From an uncultured Candidatus Saccharibacteria bacterium (GTDB taxonomy: Bacteria; Patescibacteriota; Minisyncoccia; CAIUEV01; JAHKAQ01): 64,000 nt of DNA. Below the pieces are notes generated by a model. The model was not told where the DNA came from. It did not search any database and saw nothing but the letters and a program-made list of their open reading frames with translations. Shown piece by piece: positions 29,801 to 39,786 of this stretch; position 1 is the first letter of the stretch; each line of letters begins with the position of its first letter. The stretch spans positions 28,199 to 92,198 of the forward strand of contig CAZRBB010000001.1 of assembly GCA_964598205.1 (NCBI GenBank), given 5' to 3'. A program made the position numbers and the translations under genes.

Positions 29801-30191
29801 GGCTTTTGATAATAAAATCACCGTCGGCGTGATGTATATTATGAAGCTCAATCACTTAGTAGAAGACAAGATTCATATGCGTTCTATCGGCCCATACTCA
29901 TTGATTACTCAGCAACCGCTAGGAGGTAAAGCGCAATTTGGTGGCCAGCGGTTTGGAGAAATGGAAGTTTGGGCACTAGAAGGTTATGGAGCGGCTCACA
30001 TGTTGCAAGAGATTCTAACCATTAAATCCGACGATGTTGTTGGTCGGTCAAAGGCCTACGAATCAATCGTTAAGGGAGAAGAAATTCAAAGTCCCAATGT
30101 TCCTACCTCGCTTCACGTTTTAATTAACGAATTAAAAGGCTTGGGTTTGGATGTGGAGCTTTTAGAAAAACAAGAAGATTTTGAAAAATAA
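26820..30191 (+). CDS. rpoB: RNA polymerase beta subunit
   Basis: FIINGVERVVVSQL, DIDHLGNRR, HYGRICPIETPEGPNIG, GDKLAGRHGNKG, GQRFGEMEVWAL. Confidence 0.99.
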   Translation: MGFENKKLRLKTRFSAHSSFSKRKFLNDIGKVFSLPNLIEIQSNSYRWFVENGFQEILEEISPIKDYTGKNLELSFVSFYLDEPKYDERTAKEKNISFEAPIRVRTKLLNKQNGKETDQEIYLGEFPIMTKRGTFIINGVERVVVSQLMRSPGIFFTMRLFKGRRLFGAKIIPNRGAWLEFETDTSSVISVKIDRKRKVPVTAILRAFGYSTDQQLKEAFADTDKGKVKYIEETIKRDASKNQGEGYREVYRRIRPGDMATEENAKQMIDGMFFNADHYDLSSVGRYRTNARLRTNVPDDKEHMILSLEDLVCTIKEIIRLNNDPQAEPDDIDHLGNRRVRAVGELVQVKLRTGFARMERNIKDRMSTCDLETVTQGQLINSRPVAASIKEFFASSQLSQYMDHVNPLAELEHKRRLSAMGPGGLTRERASFEVRDVHPSHYGRICPIETPEGPNIGLVTHLACYARINNYGFLETPYRLVRRVASLNIKEDWQGEILGEDLPKLKLKKGILLDEKIVKVLKKAGKENIAVKPRVTDEVHYLSATEESKHNIGQAGVAIDEKGYFEKESIQARVKGEPVLISYEVVDYIDIAPKQIISIATSLIPFLEHDDANRALMGSNMQRQAVSCIKPQSPVVGTGIEDKAAADSGQVVLAEESGEVIEVDADHILVKSEKNKKIDYDLLTFSKSNAFTCINQIPIVSKGDKVSRGQLLADGASTDSGELALGQNVLTALVPWRGYNFEDAIIISEKLVHDDRYSSIHIEDHTIDVRDTRLGPEVVTRDIPNIGEERLKNLDEEGIVRLGAEVSSGDILAGKITPKGESDLTSEERLLRAIFGEKSRDIKDSSLYMPNGEKRKVVGIKIFSREQGDKLPSGVIKQIQITVAQLRKVQEGDKLAGRHGNKGVIAKILPQEDMPYLPDGKPVDIVLNPLGVASRMNIGQILETHLGWAASVLGYKVASPSLGGVTEDQITQELKKAGLPEDGKIKLIDGVTGEAFDNKITVGVMYIMKLNHLVEDKIHMRSIGPYSLITQQPLGGKAQFGGQRFGEMEVWALEGYGAAHMLQEILTIKSDDVVGRSKAYESIVKGEEIQSPNVPTSLHVLINELKGLGLDVELLEKQEDFEK

Positions 30192-30210
30192 AGCAGCCTA
30201 ATTTTATTTT

Positions 30211-33200
30211 ATGTCTAATAGAGTCAGTAGCTTTAAAGCCATCAAGCTCCAGCTGGCTTCTCCGGAGAAAATTTTAGAATGGTCATTTGGAGAAGTGTTA
30301 AAGCCGGAAACCATTAATTATCGCACCCAAAGATTTGAAAAAGACGGTCTTTTTTGTGAAAAGATTTTTGGTCCCAGCAAAGACTGGGAATGTTATTGCG
30401 GAAAGTATAAAAGAATCCGCTACAAAGGAATCGTCTGCGATAAATGCGGCGTTGAAGTTACTAGAAGCGTTGTGCGTCGAGAAAGAATGGGGCACATTGA
30501 CTTGGCTGTTCCAGTAGCTCACATTTGGTATTTAAAAGGATCTCCTTCTAAGTTGGGGCTTATTTTAGACATGAACGCTTCTGATTTAGAAAAAGTGGTT
30601 TATTTTGCCAACTACATTATTACCGATGTTAATCAAGACGAAAAGGAGCGCGCCCTAGACCAACTAGACAAAGAGTACAAATTAAAACTGGCTAATATTA
30701 GAAAAGAAAAAGCTTCTAAGGAAAACAAGGCAGAAATGATAGAAGACTTAAAGGAGCAAAAAAAAGAATCCAAAGAAATTCTAGACTCTTTAGAAAAATT
30801 CAGAGTGATTTCCGAAATGGAATACCGAACAATTTCCCTAAAGTATGGTCATGTTTTTGAAGCCGGGATTGGAGCGGAAGCTATTAGAAGAATTCTTTCT
30901 GGATTAGATCTGGCTACTGAAATAGTCAAAATAGAAGAAAAATTAAGAAGCAATGCTAAGGGTTTAGACAAAAAAAGATTAACCAGAAGATTAAAGATTG
31001 CCAAAGGAATGAGGCAGTCTAACCTTCGGCCAGAATGGATGCTTTTAACGGTGGTACCAGTAATTCCTCCAGATTTGCGTCCAATGGTTCAGCTAGATGG
31101 TGGTCGTTTTGCTACCTCTGATCTTAACGACTTATATCGCAGAATTATTAATCGAAACAATCGTCTTAAAAAGTTAATTTCTATTGGAGCACCAGAAGTA
31201 ATTTGTCGCAACGAAAAAAGAATGCTTCAAGAAGCGGTAGACGCGCTGATAGACAACTCGGCACGAAGAAGTCAGGTTTCTGTAGCGGCTTCTACTGGTC
31301 AAAAACGACCATTAAAATCTTTGGCAGATATGCTTAAAGGAAAGCAAGGCCGTTTCCGCCAAAACTTATTAGGAAAAAGAGTTGATTATTCGGGTCGTTC
31401 AGTAATTATTGTTGGTTCTGGTTTAAAGCTAGATCAATGCGGACTTCCTAAAAAAATGGCACTAGAACTGTTCAAGCCTTTTATTATAGAAAAACTAATT
31501 AAGCTGGGTTATGCCCACAATGTACGGAGCGCTGGCCGCTTGGTAGAGCAGGAATCAACAGAGGCTTACGAAATCTTAGAAGAAGTAATTCAGGGTCATC
31601 ATGTAATTCTTAACCGTGCTCCGACCTTGCACCGTCTTGGTATTCAAGCTTTTCAGCCTGTCCTAATAGAAGGTAAGGCTATTCGAGTCCATCCAATGGT
31701 TTGCACTGCTTTTAATGCAGACTTTGACGGCGACCAAATGGCAGTTCATCTTCCTCTCACAACCAAAGCCAGGAAGGAAGCAGCCACCATTATGGTTTCT
31801 AGAAAAAATTTATTAAAGCCATCTACCGGAGAACCAATTGTCATCCCGACTCAAGATATTGTTTTAGGAATCTACTACATGACAGACATGATAGAAGACG
31901 GGGATGCTAAGAAAATAAAAATTCTTGGTTCTTGCGATGAAGCGATTCTGATGCACCAAATGGAAAAAATCGGGATCAGAGAAAAAATTCAAGTGCGTCT
32001 TTTCAATGGAGAGATGGTAGAAACTTGTGTTGGCCGAGTCATGCTTAACCAAATTCTTCCTGAAGGTTTAGATTTTGTTAATGAAAGGTTAAACAAAAAG
32101 CAACTCAAGCAAATTGTTGCTAAAGTAATTAGAGATTTTGGCTCCGATGAAGCTGCCTGTCTTTTGGATAAATTAAAAGATCTTGGCTTTAAATACGCTA
32201 CTAAATCTGGAATTTCTTGGGGAATGAACGATATTAAGGTTCCCGAAGAAAAACAAAAATATATTCTAAAAGCAGAAGATAACCTTACAGAGCTGAATGA
32301 ACAGTTTAACATGGGACTTCTAACCGAAGAAGAAAGAAAATCCCAGGTAATTCAAATTTGGAACAGTTGCCGAGAAAGAATCGCTGAACAAGTGGAACTG
32401 AGCATTGATAGAAAGAGTCCTGTGTTTACCATGGTTAATTCTGGCGCCAGAGGTACAATGGCGGTTTTAGTACAGTTAATGGGAATGAGAGGTTTAATGG
32501 CCAATCCTGCCGGAGATATTATTGAATTACCGGTTAGAGACAGTTTTAAAGAAGGTTTAAATGTTTTGGAATACTTTATTTCTTCTCATGGAGCACGGAA
32601 AGGAATGGCAGATACGGCCCTAAGAACGGCGACTGCTGGTTATTTAACCAGAAGATTAGTTGATGTCTCTCAGGAAGTGATCATTACCCAGGAAGATTGC
32701 GGTACTACTAAAGGCGCCATTCTTTACAAGAAAGACACTGAAGAAATTGGTGGTGATTTTGCTCAAAGAATAGAAGGTCGGGTAGCCTTAAAAGACATTG
32801 TTGATCCTAAGACCAAAGAGCTGATTGTCCCTGGCGGTGAATTGATTGGAAGAAAAGAAGCAGCGCGAATTAATGGTGTAGACATTAAAGAAGTAATGAT
32901 CCGATCGGTAGTTTACTGCGAATCCAAAGATGGTATTTGCCAAAAATGTTACGGTAACGATTTGGGCAAAAACAGAATGGTGGAATTTGGGCAGGCAGTA
33001 GGAATTGTGGCAGCACAGTCTATTGGAGAGCCGGGAACACAGTTAACCATGAGAACCTTCCATGTAGGAGGAGTTGCTGGGGAAGACATTGTTTCTGGTT
33101 TACCTAGAGTAGAAGAAATTTTTGAAGCCAGACTTCCCAAGGGAGAGGCTCCGATTGTGGAAGAAGACGGTAAGGTAATAGATATCATTACCGACGAAAA

Positions 33201-33801
33201 GAAAAAAGAGATCATTATCCAACCACAAGGAACCAAGGACAAAGAAGAGAACCATTCTTATTCAGTTTCTAAAAATGCTTCTCTTTTAGTTAAGAAAGGG
33301 GACTTGGTTTATTCTGGTCAACAATTGGTATCTGGACATATTGATATTAAAAAATTGTTCCTTGTTTCTGGAGTAGAGGCAGTGCATCGTTATATTATGA
33401 AAGAAATCCAGGAAGTTTATTCTGCTCAAGGGGAAAGTATCGACGATAAACATGTAGAAATAATCATTCGTCAAATGCTTTCTAGAATGAGGGTAGTGGA
33501 GTCGGGAGATACGGATTTAATAGAGGGAGATGTTGTAGAAGCGCCAATGACAGAGGCAATGAACGAAGAAATTGTCCGCGCAGGGAGAAAGCCAGCCAAA
33601 CTAGAAAGAATGATTTTAGGAATTACCAAGGTTTCCCTAACTACAGATAGCTTCCTTTCAGCGGCTTCCTTTCAGCACACGGCTCAAGTGTTAATCAACG
33701 CTTCCTTGCAAGGAAAAGTTGACCCACTAAGAGGCCTTAAAGAAAATGTTATTTTAGGAAAATTGATTCCTGCTGGAACCAATTTTAGAAAGAGAAAATA
33801 G
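30211..33801 (+). CDS. rpoC: RNA polymerase beta' subunit
   Basis: Zn-binding cysteines, [42 protein letters not shown]. Confidence 0.99.
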   Translation: MSNRVSSFKAIKLQLASPEKILEWSFGEVLKPETINYRTQRFEKDGLFCEKIFGPSKDWECYCGKYKRIRYKGIVCDKCGVEVTRSVVRRERMGHIDLAVPVAHIWYLKGSPSKLGLILDMNASDLEKVVYFANYIITDVNQDEKERALDQLDKEYKLKLANIRKEKASKENKAEMIEDLKEQKKESKEILDSLEKFRVISEMEYRTISLKYGHVFEAGIGAEAIRRILSGLDLATEIVKIEEKLRSNAKGLDKKRLTRRLKIAKGMRQSNLRPEWMLLTVVPVIPPDLRPMVQLDGGRFATSDLNDLYRRIINRNNRLKKLISIGAPEVICRNEKRMLQEAVDALIDNSARRSQVSVAASTGQKRPLKSLADMLKGKQGRFRQNLLGKRVDYSGRSVIIVGSGLKLDQCGLPKKMALELFKPFIIEKLIKLGYAHNVRSAGRLVEQESTEAYEILEEVIQGHHVILNRAPTLHRLGIQAFQPVLIEGKAIRVHPMVCTAFNADFDGDQMAVHLPLTTKARKEAATIMVSRKNLLKPSTGEPIVIPTQDIVLGIYYMTDMIEDGDAKKIKILGSCDEAILMHQMEKIGIREKIQVRLFNGEMVETCVGRVMLNQILPEGLDFVNERLNKKQLKQIVAKVIRDFGSDEAACLLDKLKDLGFKYATKSGISWGMNDIKVPEEKQKYILKAEDNLTELNEQFNMGLLTEEERKSQVIQIWNSCRERIAEQVELSIDRKSPVFTMVNSGARGTMAVLVQLMGMRGLMANPAGDIIELPVRDSFKEGLNVLEYFISSHGARKGMADTALRTATAGYLTRRLVDVSQEVIITQEDCGTTKGAILYKKDTEEIGGDFAQRIEGRVALKDIVDPKTKELIVPGGELIGRKEAARINGVDIKEVMIRSVVYCESKDGICQKCYGNDLGKNRMVEFGQAVGIVAAQSIGEPGTQLTMRTFHVGGVAGEDIVSGLPRVEEIFEARLPKGEAPIVEEDGKVIDIITDEKKKEIIIQPQGTKDKEENHSYSVSKNASLLVKKGDLVYSGQQLVSGHIDIKKLFLVSGVEAVHRYIMKEIQEVYSAQGESIDDKHVEIIIRQMLSRMRVVESGDTDLIEGDVVEAPMTEAMNEEIVRAGRKPAKLERMILGITKVSLTTDSFLSAASFQHTAQVLINASLQGKVDPLRGLKENVILGKLIPAGTNFRKRK

Positions 33802-33817
33802 TAAAACATAGAACCAT

Positions 33818-33849
33818 AAAAAAACTACGCAGAAATGCGTAGTTTTTTT
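33818..33849. terminator. Bidirectional intrinsic terminator
   Basis: A7-CTACGCA-gaaa-TGCGTAG-T7 between convergent genes. Confidence 0.88.
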
Positions 33850-34933
33850 ATTTTAGCTCAAAGATCTTAACCATTACAGCATCGCTAGTGCCAACCATTA
33901 TTTTGTCGGCTAGGATAATATATTCCAAATTAATTTTTTTAGATTGACTTAAATTTATATAGCGACTGTTCGGCAAGCTTATGCTGTCTCTAAAGCGAAA
34001 GTCTTCCGGATTAGCCGGGTCCTCTGTTGTTTCTCCGAGAATTAATCCTCGTAAATCGCCAACCATTGTTTTTTCCCATTCCAACATGGCGCTTTTATTA
34101 GTTTCTGGGGAAGCGGCTGTTTCTAGAACTAAAATAAGCTTTGCTACCCCCGGCTGCTCCTTAGTCACTGATTCTTTGGCCAAAAGAAGAGCAAATTTAG
34201 CTCCTGGTTTTAAGATAGAATCAGGAATTACGATTTTAGCAATATCCTTGAATCTTTTTAAATCTATTTCTTGATTTTTTTCATAAACTGCCACTTGAAT
34301 TGGGTAATCAAAGCTAAGATTATTACCAAGCTCCTTTATTTTAGAAGAGAAATCATCACCTAGTGATAAATTAAGAGCTTCTTTTTTTTGAGCAAGTTCT
34401 AGCTGAAATATTCCAGGGAATGCTGGGACATCTTTTGATTCTTCCAGAGATCCTTCTTTTGGAGGTTCAGTGGGAGGAGTTTTATTTCCTTCTGGCAAAG
34501 ATTGAGAAGGGCTAGTGCTTGGTGTAGAAGCTATGGGAGAGTCATTTTGTTCTTCCATGGGAAGAATCATAGCTTTGTAGTACCAAGCACCGGTTAGTCC
34601 AAGAGATATAAAAGCTATAAAAAGAAGAAAGAAGATAATTTTTTTTATTTTCCTTTCCTTTTGGGGAATGGGTTGTCCGCCGGGAGTAGTGGGAGAAATT
34701 TTTGGTTCCGGAGAATTAATAATCGGGAGGTTGTCTAAATCAAGATCTATATTTTTAGGATTTGTGGCTTCTTCGGTTTGACTTTTAGGGGGCATTGCAC
34801 TTTCCATTATTGCTATTGGCTTGGCACTGTGGTTAACGAACGATTTTTTCTTGACTATTTCCTGATCATCTTCTTTTGGTTCGTTGTTTGGTACAGAAAA
34901 AGACTCCTTGCTTTGAGTTTGGTTTTCCTTCAT
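33848..34933 (-). CDS. Hypothetical single-pass membrane protein
   Basis: Pro/Ser-rich N-terminus, one TM helix, C-terminal domain with MLEWEKTM..DL. Confidence 0.7.
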   Translation of the reverse strand: MKENQTQSKESFSVPNNEPKEDDQEIVKKKSFVNHSAKPIAIMESAMPPKSQTEEATNPKNIDLDLDNLPIINSPEPKISPTTPGGQPIPQKERKIKKIIFFLLFIAFISLGLTGAWYYKAMILPMEEQNDSPIASTPSTSPSQSLPEGNKTPPTEPPKEGSLEESKDVPAFPGIFQLELAQKKEALNLSLGDDFSSKIKELGNNLSFDYPIQVAVYEKNQEIDLKRFKDIAKIVIPDSILKPGAKFALLLAKESVTKEQPGVAKLILVLETAASPETNKSAMLEWEKTMVGDLRGLILGETTEDPANPEDFRFRDSISLPNSRYINLSQSKKINLEYIILADKIMVGTSDAVMVKIFELK

Positions 34934-34989
34934 GTATTTTTTTTCTATTTATTTTAGGAATCGTGCGCCAAATTCACAATTTCTCTTCC

Positions 34990-37128
34990 TTATTTTATCT
35001 TCTCTATTAGAGTAAGGTTGTATCTTCCCATATGGTCTACTTCTTCAATCTTTATTTTAACTTTTTCACCAATTCTTGCAACATCAGAAATCCGTTCTAT
35101 CCGTTGGCCATTGTTTAATCGGGAAACATGGATTAATCCTTTGCGTCTTGGCAAAAACTCCACCATTACGCCAAAGTCCTTCATTTCAACAATTGTTCCA
35201 ATATATTCTTCTCCTACCTTTGGTTCTTTTACTAGGGAGTTGATCATGGAAACAGCTTTTTCCATTCCTTCTTTGTCTTGAGAAGTAACAAAAACCGAGC
35301 CGTCGTCTTCTATGTCTATCTGGGCGCCTGTTTGTTCTATAATGGAATTGATCATTTTTCCTCCTGGTCCAATAATTGTTCCTATCTTTTCTGGATTAAC
35401 GCTCAACTTGGTGACTCGGGGAGCATAAAGAGACATTTCTTTCTTAGGCTCGGCAATTACTTCTAGCATCTTGTCTAAAATAAAAAGGCGTCCTTTTTGT
35501 GCTTTGGCCAAGGCTTCTTTCAGAATTTCAAGACTTAATCCTTTTGTCTTAATGTCCATTTGGAGAGCGGTAATGCCGTCCTTGGTTCCAGCAACTTTAA
35601 AATCCATGTGACCAGCAAAATCTTCGTTAGCGCAAAGATCAGTTAATACTTGAAAATTCTTTTTTTCTTTATCTATTACCAATCCCATAGCTACTCCGGC
35701 TACTGGTTTTTTCATTGGTACGCCAGCATCCATTAATGCCAAGGTGCTACCGCAAACGCTGGCCATTGAAGTTGATCCATCCGAAGCCATAATTTCCGTT
35801 TGCATTACTATGGAATAAGGGAATTCTTCTTTTGGAGGAATCATTGAAGCAATTGCTTTTTCTCCTAGAGCACCATGGCCGATTTCTCTCCGACCAGGAC
35901 CGCGCATTGGAAAGCATTCGCCAACAGAATAAGGAGGGAAGCTATAAAAATGCAAGTATCTTTTTTTAGCACCCAAAGAATCTCCCATTCCGTCTAAATA
36001 CAGTTCGTTTCCTGGAGATCCCAGCGTGGTAACGGTTAATCCTTGAGTTTCGCCTCTGGTAAAGAGTGCTGAACCATGAACTCTTGGTAGTACGGAGATC
36101 TCAATATTTAACGGACGCACTTCGTCCATTCCGCGCCCACCCAATCTTTTTTTATTTTCCAAAACATTTTTTTGGATGGTTTCTTTTTGAATGGAATAAA
36201 GAGCCGCCTTTATATCTTCCGTTTGCTCTCCATTACCATCAGCTTCTTCTTTTAAAATAATTTCTTTTTCCAGATTTCTAACCGTTGCTTCGTAATCTAG
36301 CTTGTCTTTGTAGTTATTAAAAAGTTCTTGAAACTGATCGCTGTATTTTTTTTGAAGACTCTTTTTTAATTCAACATCCATTACTTTTAGAGGGATTTCG
36401 GTTCTTTCCTTTTTGAATTTAGCACATAAATTTTGAATGTCTTTGGCCATTTCTTTGTTCTTTTCTTGAGCCAAATCAAGAGCACTAATCATTTCTTCTT
36501 CAGTAAGCTCCTTTGCTCCGGCTTCCACCATTACAATATTTTCTCCAACGCCGGTTATAAACATGTCTAGAGCGCCTTCTTCTTGCTCTTTAATTGTTGG
36601 GGCAAGAATCAATTCTTCCTTTTTACCTAAATGAGTTACGCAAAGTGGTCCTTCAAAGGGGATTCCAGAAACCTCAAGAGCAATGGAAGCTCCCAGCACA
36701 GCCAATGAGCGAGGATCATTTTCAAAATCAAAAGAAAGAACGCTGATTACTATTTGGACTTCATTTTGCATTCCTTCTGGGAATAGAGGACGGATACTGC
36801 GATCTATTAATCTACTAGTTAGGATTGCTTCGTCTGTTGGCTTGCCCTTGCGCTTCATAAAGCGAGAATTGCGTATTTTCCCAGCGGCCCAATAATTTTC
36901 TTCGTACTCCACCATTAAAGGGAAAAAACCCAAGTCTTTCTTAGGTTCTTTACTCATTACTGCAGTTGCCAAAACAACGGTTTCTCCCATTTTTACCAGG
37001 GCAGAACCGTTAGCTTGTTGAGCCACTTTTCCCAAAGAAACAAAAGCCTTCTTTTCGCCGAAATTTATTTCTAAATCCGCGTTAAAAAAACCTTCTTTTT
37101 GGGGAGAGACATTTTTTTCTTGTTTCAT
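34990..37128 (-). CDS. pnp: Polyribonucleotide nucleotidyltransferase
   Basis: RLIDRSIRPLF, HGSALFTRGETQ, RREIGHG, GHMDFKVAGT, KH and S1 domains. Confidence 0.98.
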   Translation of the reverse strand: MKQEKNVSPQKEGFFNADLEINFGEKKAFVSLGKVAQQANGSALVKMGETVVLATAVMSKEPKKDLGFFPLMVEYEENYWAAGKIRNSRFMKRKGKPTDEAILTSRLIDRSIRPLFPEGMQNEVQIVISVLSFDFENDPRSLAVLGASIALEVSGIPFEGPLCVTHLGKKEELILAPTIKEQEEGALDMFITGVGENIVMVEAGAKELTEEEMISALDLAQEKNKEMAKDIQNLCAKFKKERTEIPLKVMDVELKKSLQKKYSDQFQELFNNYKDKLDYEATVRNLEKEIILKEEADGNGEQTEDIKAALYSIQKETIQKNVLENKKRLGGRGMDEVRPLNIEISVLPRVHGSALFTRGETQGLTVTTLGSPGNELYLDGMGDSLGAKKRYLHFYSFPPYSVGECFPMRGPGRREIGHGALGEKAIASMIPPKEEFPYSIVMQTEIMASDGSTSMASVCGSTLALMDAGVPMKKPVAGVAMGLVIDKEKKNFQVLTDLCANEDFAGHMDFKVAGTKDGITALQMDIKTKGLSLEILKEALAKAQKGRLFILDKMLEVIAEPKKEMSLYAPRVTKLSVNPEKIGTIIGPGGKMINSIIEQTGAQIDIEDDGSVFVTSQDKEGMEKAVSMINSLVKEPKVGEEYIGTIVEMKDFGVMVEFLPRRKGLIHVSRLNNGQRIERISDVARIGEKVKIKIEEVDHMGRYNLTLIEKIK

Positions 37129-37140
37129 GTTTTCTTGTTT

Positions 37141-37225
37141 GGAGAGAGAAGAGTACAGATTGCAATAGAGCGCTACAAGATTTGTGTCGCTGTATCACAA
37201 TCTGTTTTTAATCTTCTCTTTCTCC
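37141..37225 (-). promoter_or_regulatory. Long stem-loop in the rpsO-pnp spacer (RNase III-type leader)
   Basis: mRNA strand GGAGA..GAGAAGA/TCTTCTC-TCTCC and ACAGATTGTGATA/TATTGCAATCTGT pair, with G-U pairs. Confidence 0.6.
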
Positions 37226-37243
37226 TAATTAATTTTTAAAAAA

Positions 37244-37510
37244 CTAAAATTTAAACCCGTATTTTTTGGATAGTTTTTCTAGAACCGTTAAGTTGTCTTT
37301 TTTTAAGTAATTGACCATTTTTTTTCGGTGAGCAACCATTTTTAAAAGCCCCCGACGAGAATGATTGTCTTGTTTGTTCTTTTTTAAGTGATCGGAAAGA
37401 CGGAAAATCCGTTCACTTAAAATAGAGATCTGCACTTCTGCAGAGCCAGTATCCTCTTTGTGTTTTTGACTATCTTTTATAACCTTAGTCTTGGCTTGTT
37501 TTTTTAGCAT
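37244..37510 (-). CDS. rpsO: 30S ribosomal protein S15
   Basis: DTGSAEVQI, HL..NKQDNHSRRGLLKMV. Confidence 0.97.
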   Translation of the reverse strand: MLKKQAKTKVIKDSQKHKEDTGSAEVQISILSERIFRLSDHLKKNKQDNHSRRGLLKMVAHRKKMVNYLKKDNLTVLEKLSKKYGFKF

Positions 37511-37614
37511 CTAAATTCTTTATTCAATCAATAAATACCTGTTAAAACAGGTCGTCTAAATCGAACTCACTATAGCTTGTTTTTCTTTGTTTGGCAAGTG
37601 GGACAGGGGCTAAA

Positions 37615-39663
37615 TCACCACTCAATATTCCTATCTTCCCAAAAAGAAGAATCAGTTTGAGGATAAGAATAATCTTGGTGCATTGGTGGGGTAATTCTTT
37701 TTTCTAAAATATTTAAAGGAATATCTCGGAAAAAACGAGAAGGAACACCGGTCAATGATTGCCCAAAAATACGGCGATTGCGGGTATAGAGTAGCCAAAG
37801 ATTTTCCTTGGCCCTAGTGATTCCGACATAGCACAAGCGCCTTTCTTCTTCCATTTCCAAAGGATTTTCTAGTGAGCGGGAATGGGGCAATAATCCTTCT
37901 TCGAACCCCGGCAAAAATACTCGCTTAAATTCTAATCCTTTGGCTGAATGGAGTGTCATTAGAGTAACGCAGGGCTTTTCTCCGTAGGGATTTTCTTCGC
38001 TGGTGGCTAGCGCCGCTTCTTCTAGAAATCTCAACGAAGCTTCTTCGGGTTTAAATTCGGCGTATCTTTCGGCTACAGATAATAATTCTAAAACATTTTC
38101 CAACCGTTCTTTCCCTTCTTCTCCTAAGGCCAAAAGATGTCGCCGATAGCCTGTCTCTTTTAGGATAAAGGCCAAAGTTTCTTTTAAGCTTTTTTGTTTT
38201 TGAACTTTAGCGATTTTTTCTATTAAAGAGGCAAATAGAATCAAGTCCTTGGTTTTACTTTTTGGGAAAGGACTTTTCCTAGTCTCTTTTTTAATCTCTC
38301 CTAAAAAATCAACAAAGTTTTGGCCACTTCCAGAAAGAGTGGTAACTAATTTCTCTACAGTTGTTTTGCCGATCGAACGCTTGGGGACATTGATAATTCT
38401 GGCAAGACTTAATTGGTCGGAGAAATTAAGGCTCAATTTTAAATAAGCAATTAGATCTTTAATTTCTGCCCGCTCGTAGAATTTTAAACCGCCAACAATG
38501 CGGTAAGGGAGCCCTTGTTTTAAAAACTGTTCTTCCAAGACCCGAGATTGGCTGTTGATTCGGTACAAAACCGCACAATTTTCTGGGCTTTCTCCTTCTT
38601 CTTCTAATAATCTTTTTATTTCCTTGGCAATCACCAAGGCTTCGTCTTCTTCGTGAGCCGCTTCGTGACTGATTATTTGGTGACCGGCTTGATTTTCTGT
38701 CCAAAGCTTTTTATGCATTTGGGCAGGGTTCTTTTCAATGATTGTTTGCGCAGCTTTTAAAATATTTTTAGTGCTTCGGTAATTTTGTTCTAAAAAAATA
38801 ACTTTTGCTTTGGGATAATCTTTTTCAAAATTTAAGATATTTCGAATATTAGCTCCCCGCCAAGCGTAAATACTTTGGTAGTCGTCTCCTACCACAAAAA
38901 TATTGCCACTTTTTTTAGCCAAAAGACTAGTCAGTTGGTACTGCGCTTGATTGGTATCTTGATATTCATCTACTAAAAGATAGGGAAAGCGATCTTGGTA
39001 TTTTTTTAATGTTTCGGGGAATTTTTGCCAAAGAGTAAGCGTGTAATTAATAATATCGTCAAAATCCAGCGAATTATTTAAAAGGAGTTCCTTTTGATAC
39101 TTTTCGTAAATTAAAGCCACCTTTTCTTCAAAGTAACTGGTAATATTGTTTTTGAATTTTTCTGGAGTAATCAAGTCACTTTTTAAAGATGAGATTTTGG
39201 CTTGGACAACTTTGGGCTTTGTGCGTTCAGGATCTAATTCTTCTCCCTTGATTATCTTTCTAACCAAAGCCAGCTGCTCGGTGCTATCCAAGATTACAAA
39301 ATTGGGTCGGAAATCTAACTTTTCAATGTCTTCTCTTAGCACTCTTAGGCAAAAAAAGTGAAAGGTGCCGATTAGGGGGAAATCCATTTCCGTTCCTGGA
39401 GCAAAATAACTAGTTAATCGCTCCAAGCGAGAGTCTCCGGTTAATTTGGCTACTCTTCCCCTCATTTCCTTAGAAGCTTTATTGGTAAAAGTCACCGCTA
39501 AAATGTTCCCTCCGGGAATTCCTTGTTCAAGCATGTTGGCAATTCGGTAAGTTAGCGTGCGGGTTTTACCGCTACCCGCTCCGGCCAATACCAAGACTGG
39601 CCCAGTAATTATCGAAGCTGCTTGGCGCTGAGCTTCGTTTAAATCATTAAGAGAAAAATTCAT
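37615..39663 (-). CDS. pcrA: UvrD/PcrA DNA helicase
   Basis: LAGAGSGKT, VDEYQDTN, VGDDYQSIY, LEQNYRST, TLHSAKGLEF, EERRLCYVGITRA. Confidence 0.95.
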   Translation of the reverse strand: MNFSLNDLNEAQRQAASIITGPVLVLAGAGSGKTRTLTYRIANMLEQGIPGGNILAVTFTNKASKEMRGRVAKLTGDSRLERLTSYFAPGTEMDFPLIGTFHFFCLRVLREDIEKLDFRPNFVILDSTEQLALVRKIIKGEELDPERTKPKVVQAKISSLKSDLITPEKFKNNITSYFEEKVALIYEKYQKELLLNNSLDFDDIINYTLTLWQKFPETLKKYQDRFPYLLVDEYQDTNQAQYQLTSLLAKKSGNIFVVGDDYQSIYAWRGANIRNILNFEKDYPKAKVIFLEQNYRSTKNILKAAQTIIEKNPAQMHKKLWTENQAGHQIISHEAAHEEDEALVIAKEIKRLLEEEGESPENCAVLYRINSQSRVLEEQFLKQGLPYRIVGGLKFYERAEIKDLIAYLKLSLNFSDQLSLARIINVPKRSIGKTTVEKLVTTLSGSGQNFVDFLGEIKKETRKSPFPKSKTKDLILFASLIEKIAKVQKQKSLKETLAFILKETGYRRHLLALGEEGKERLENVLELLSVAERYAEFKPEEASLRFLEEAALATSEENPYGEKPCVTLMTLHSAKGLEFKRVFLPGFEEGLLPHSRSLENPLEMEEERRLCYVGITRAKENLWLLYTRNRRIFGQSLTGVPSRFFRDIPLNILEKRITPPMHQDYSYPQTDSSFWEDRNIEW

Positions 39664-39786
39664 TTTATTGCTTTGTTTTAAAAAATTATTCAAACCAGAA
39701 AAAAGAGCATTCAAGCGCCAAGGTAATTCATTTTTATTTTCACCAATTTTGCGTTATAAAAAGAGGATAGAAAATTTATTGCCTTT

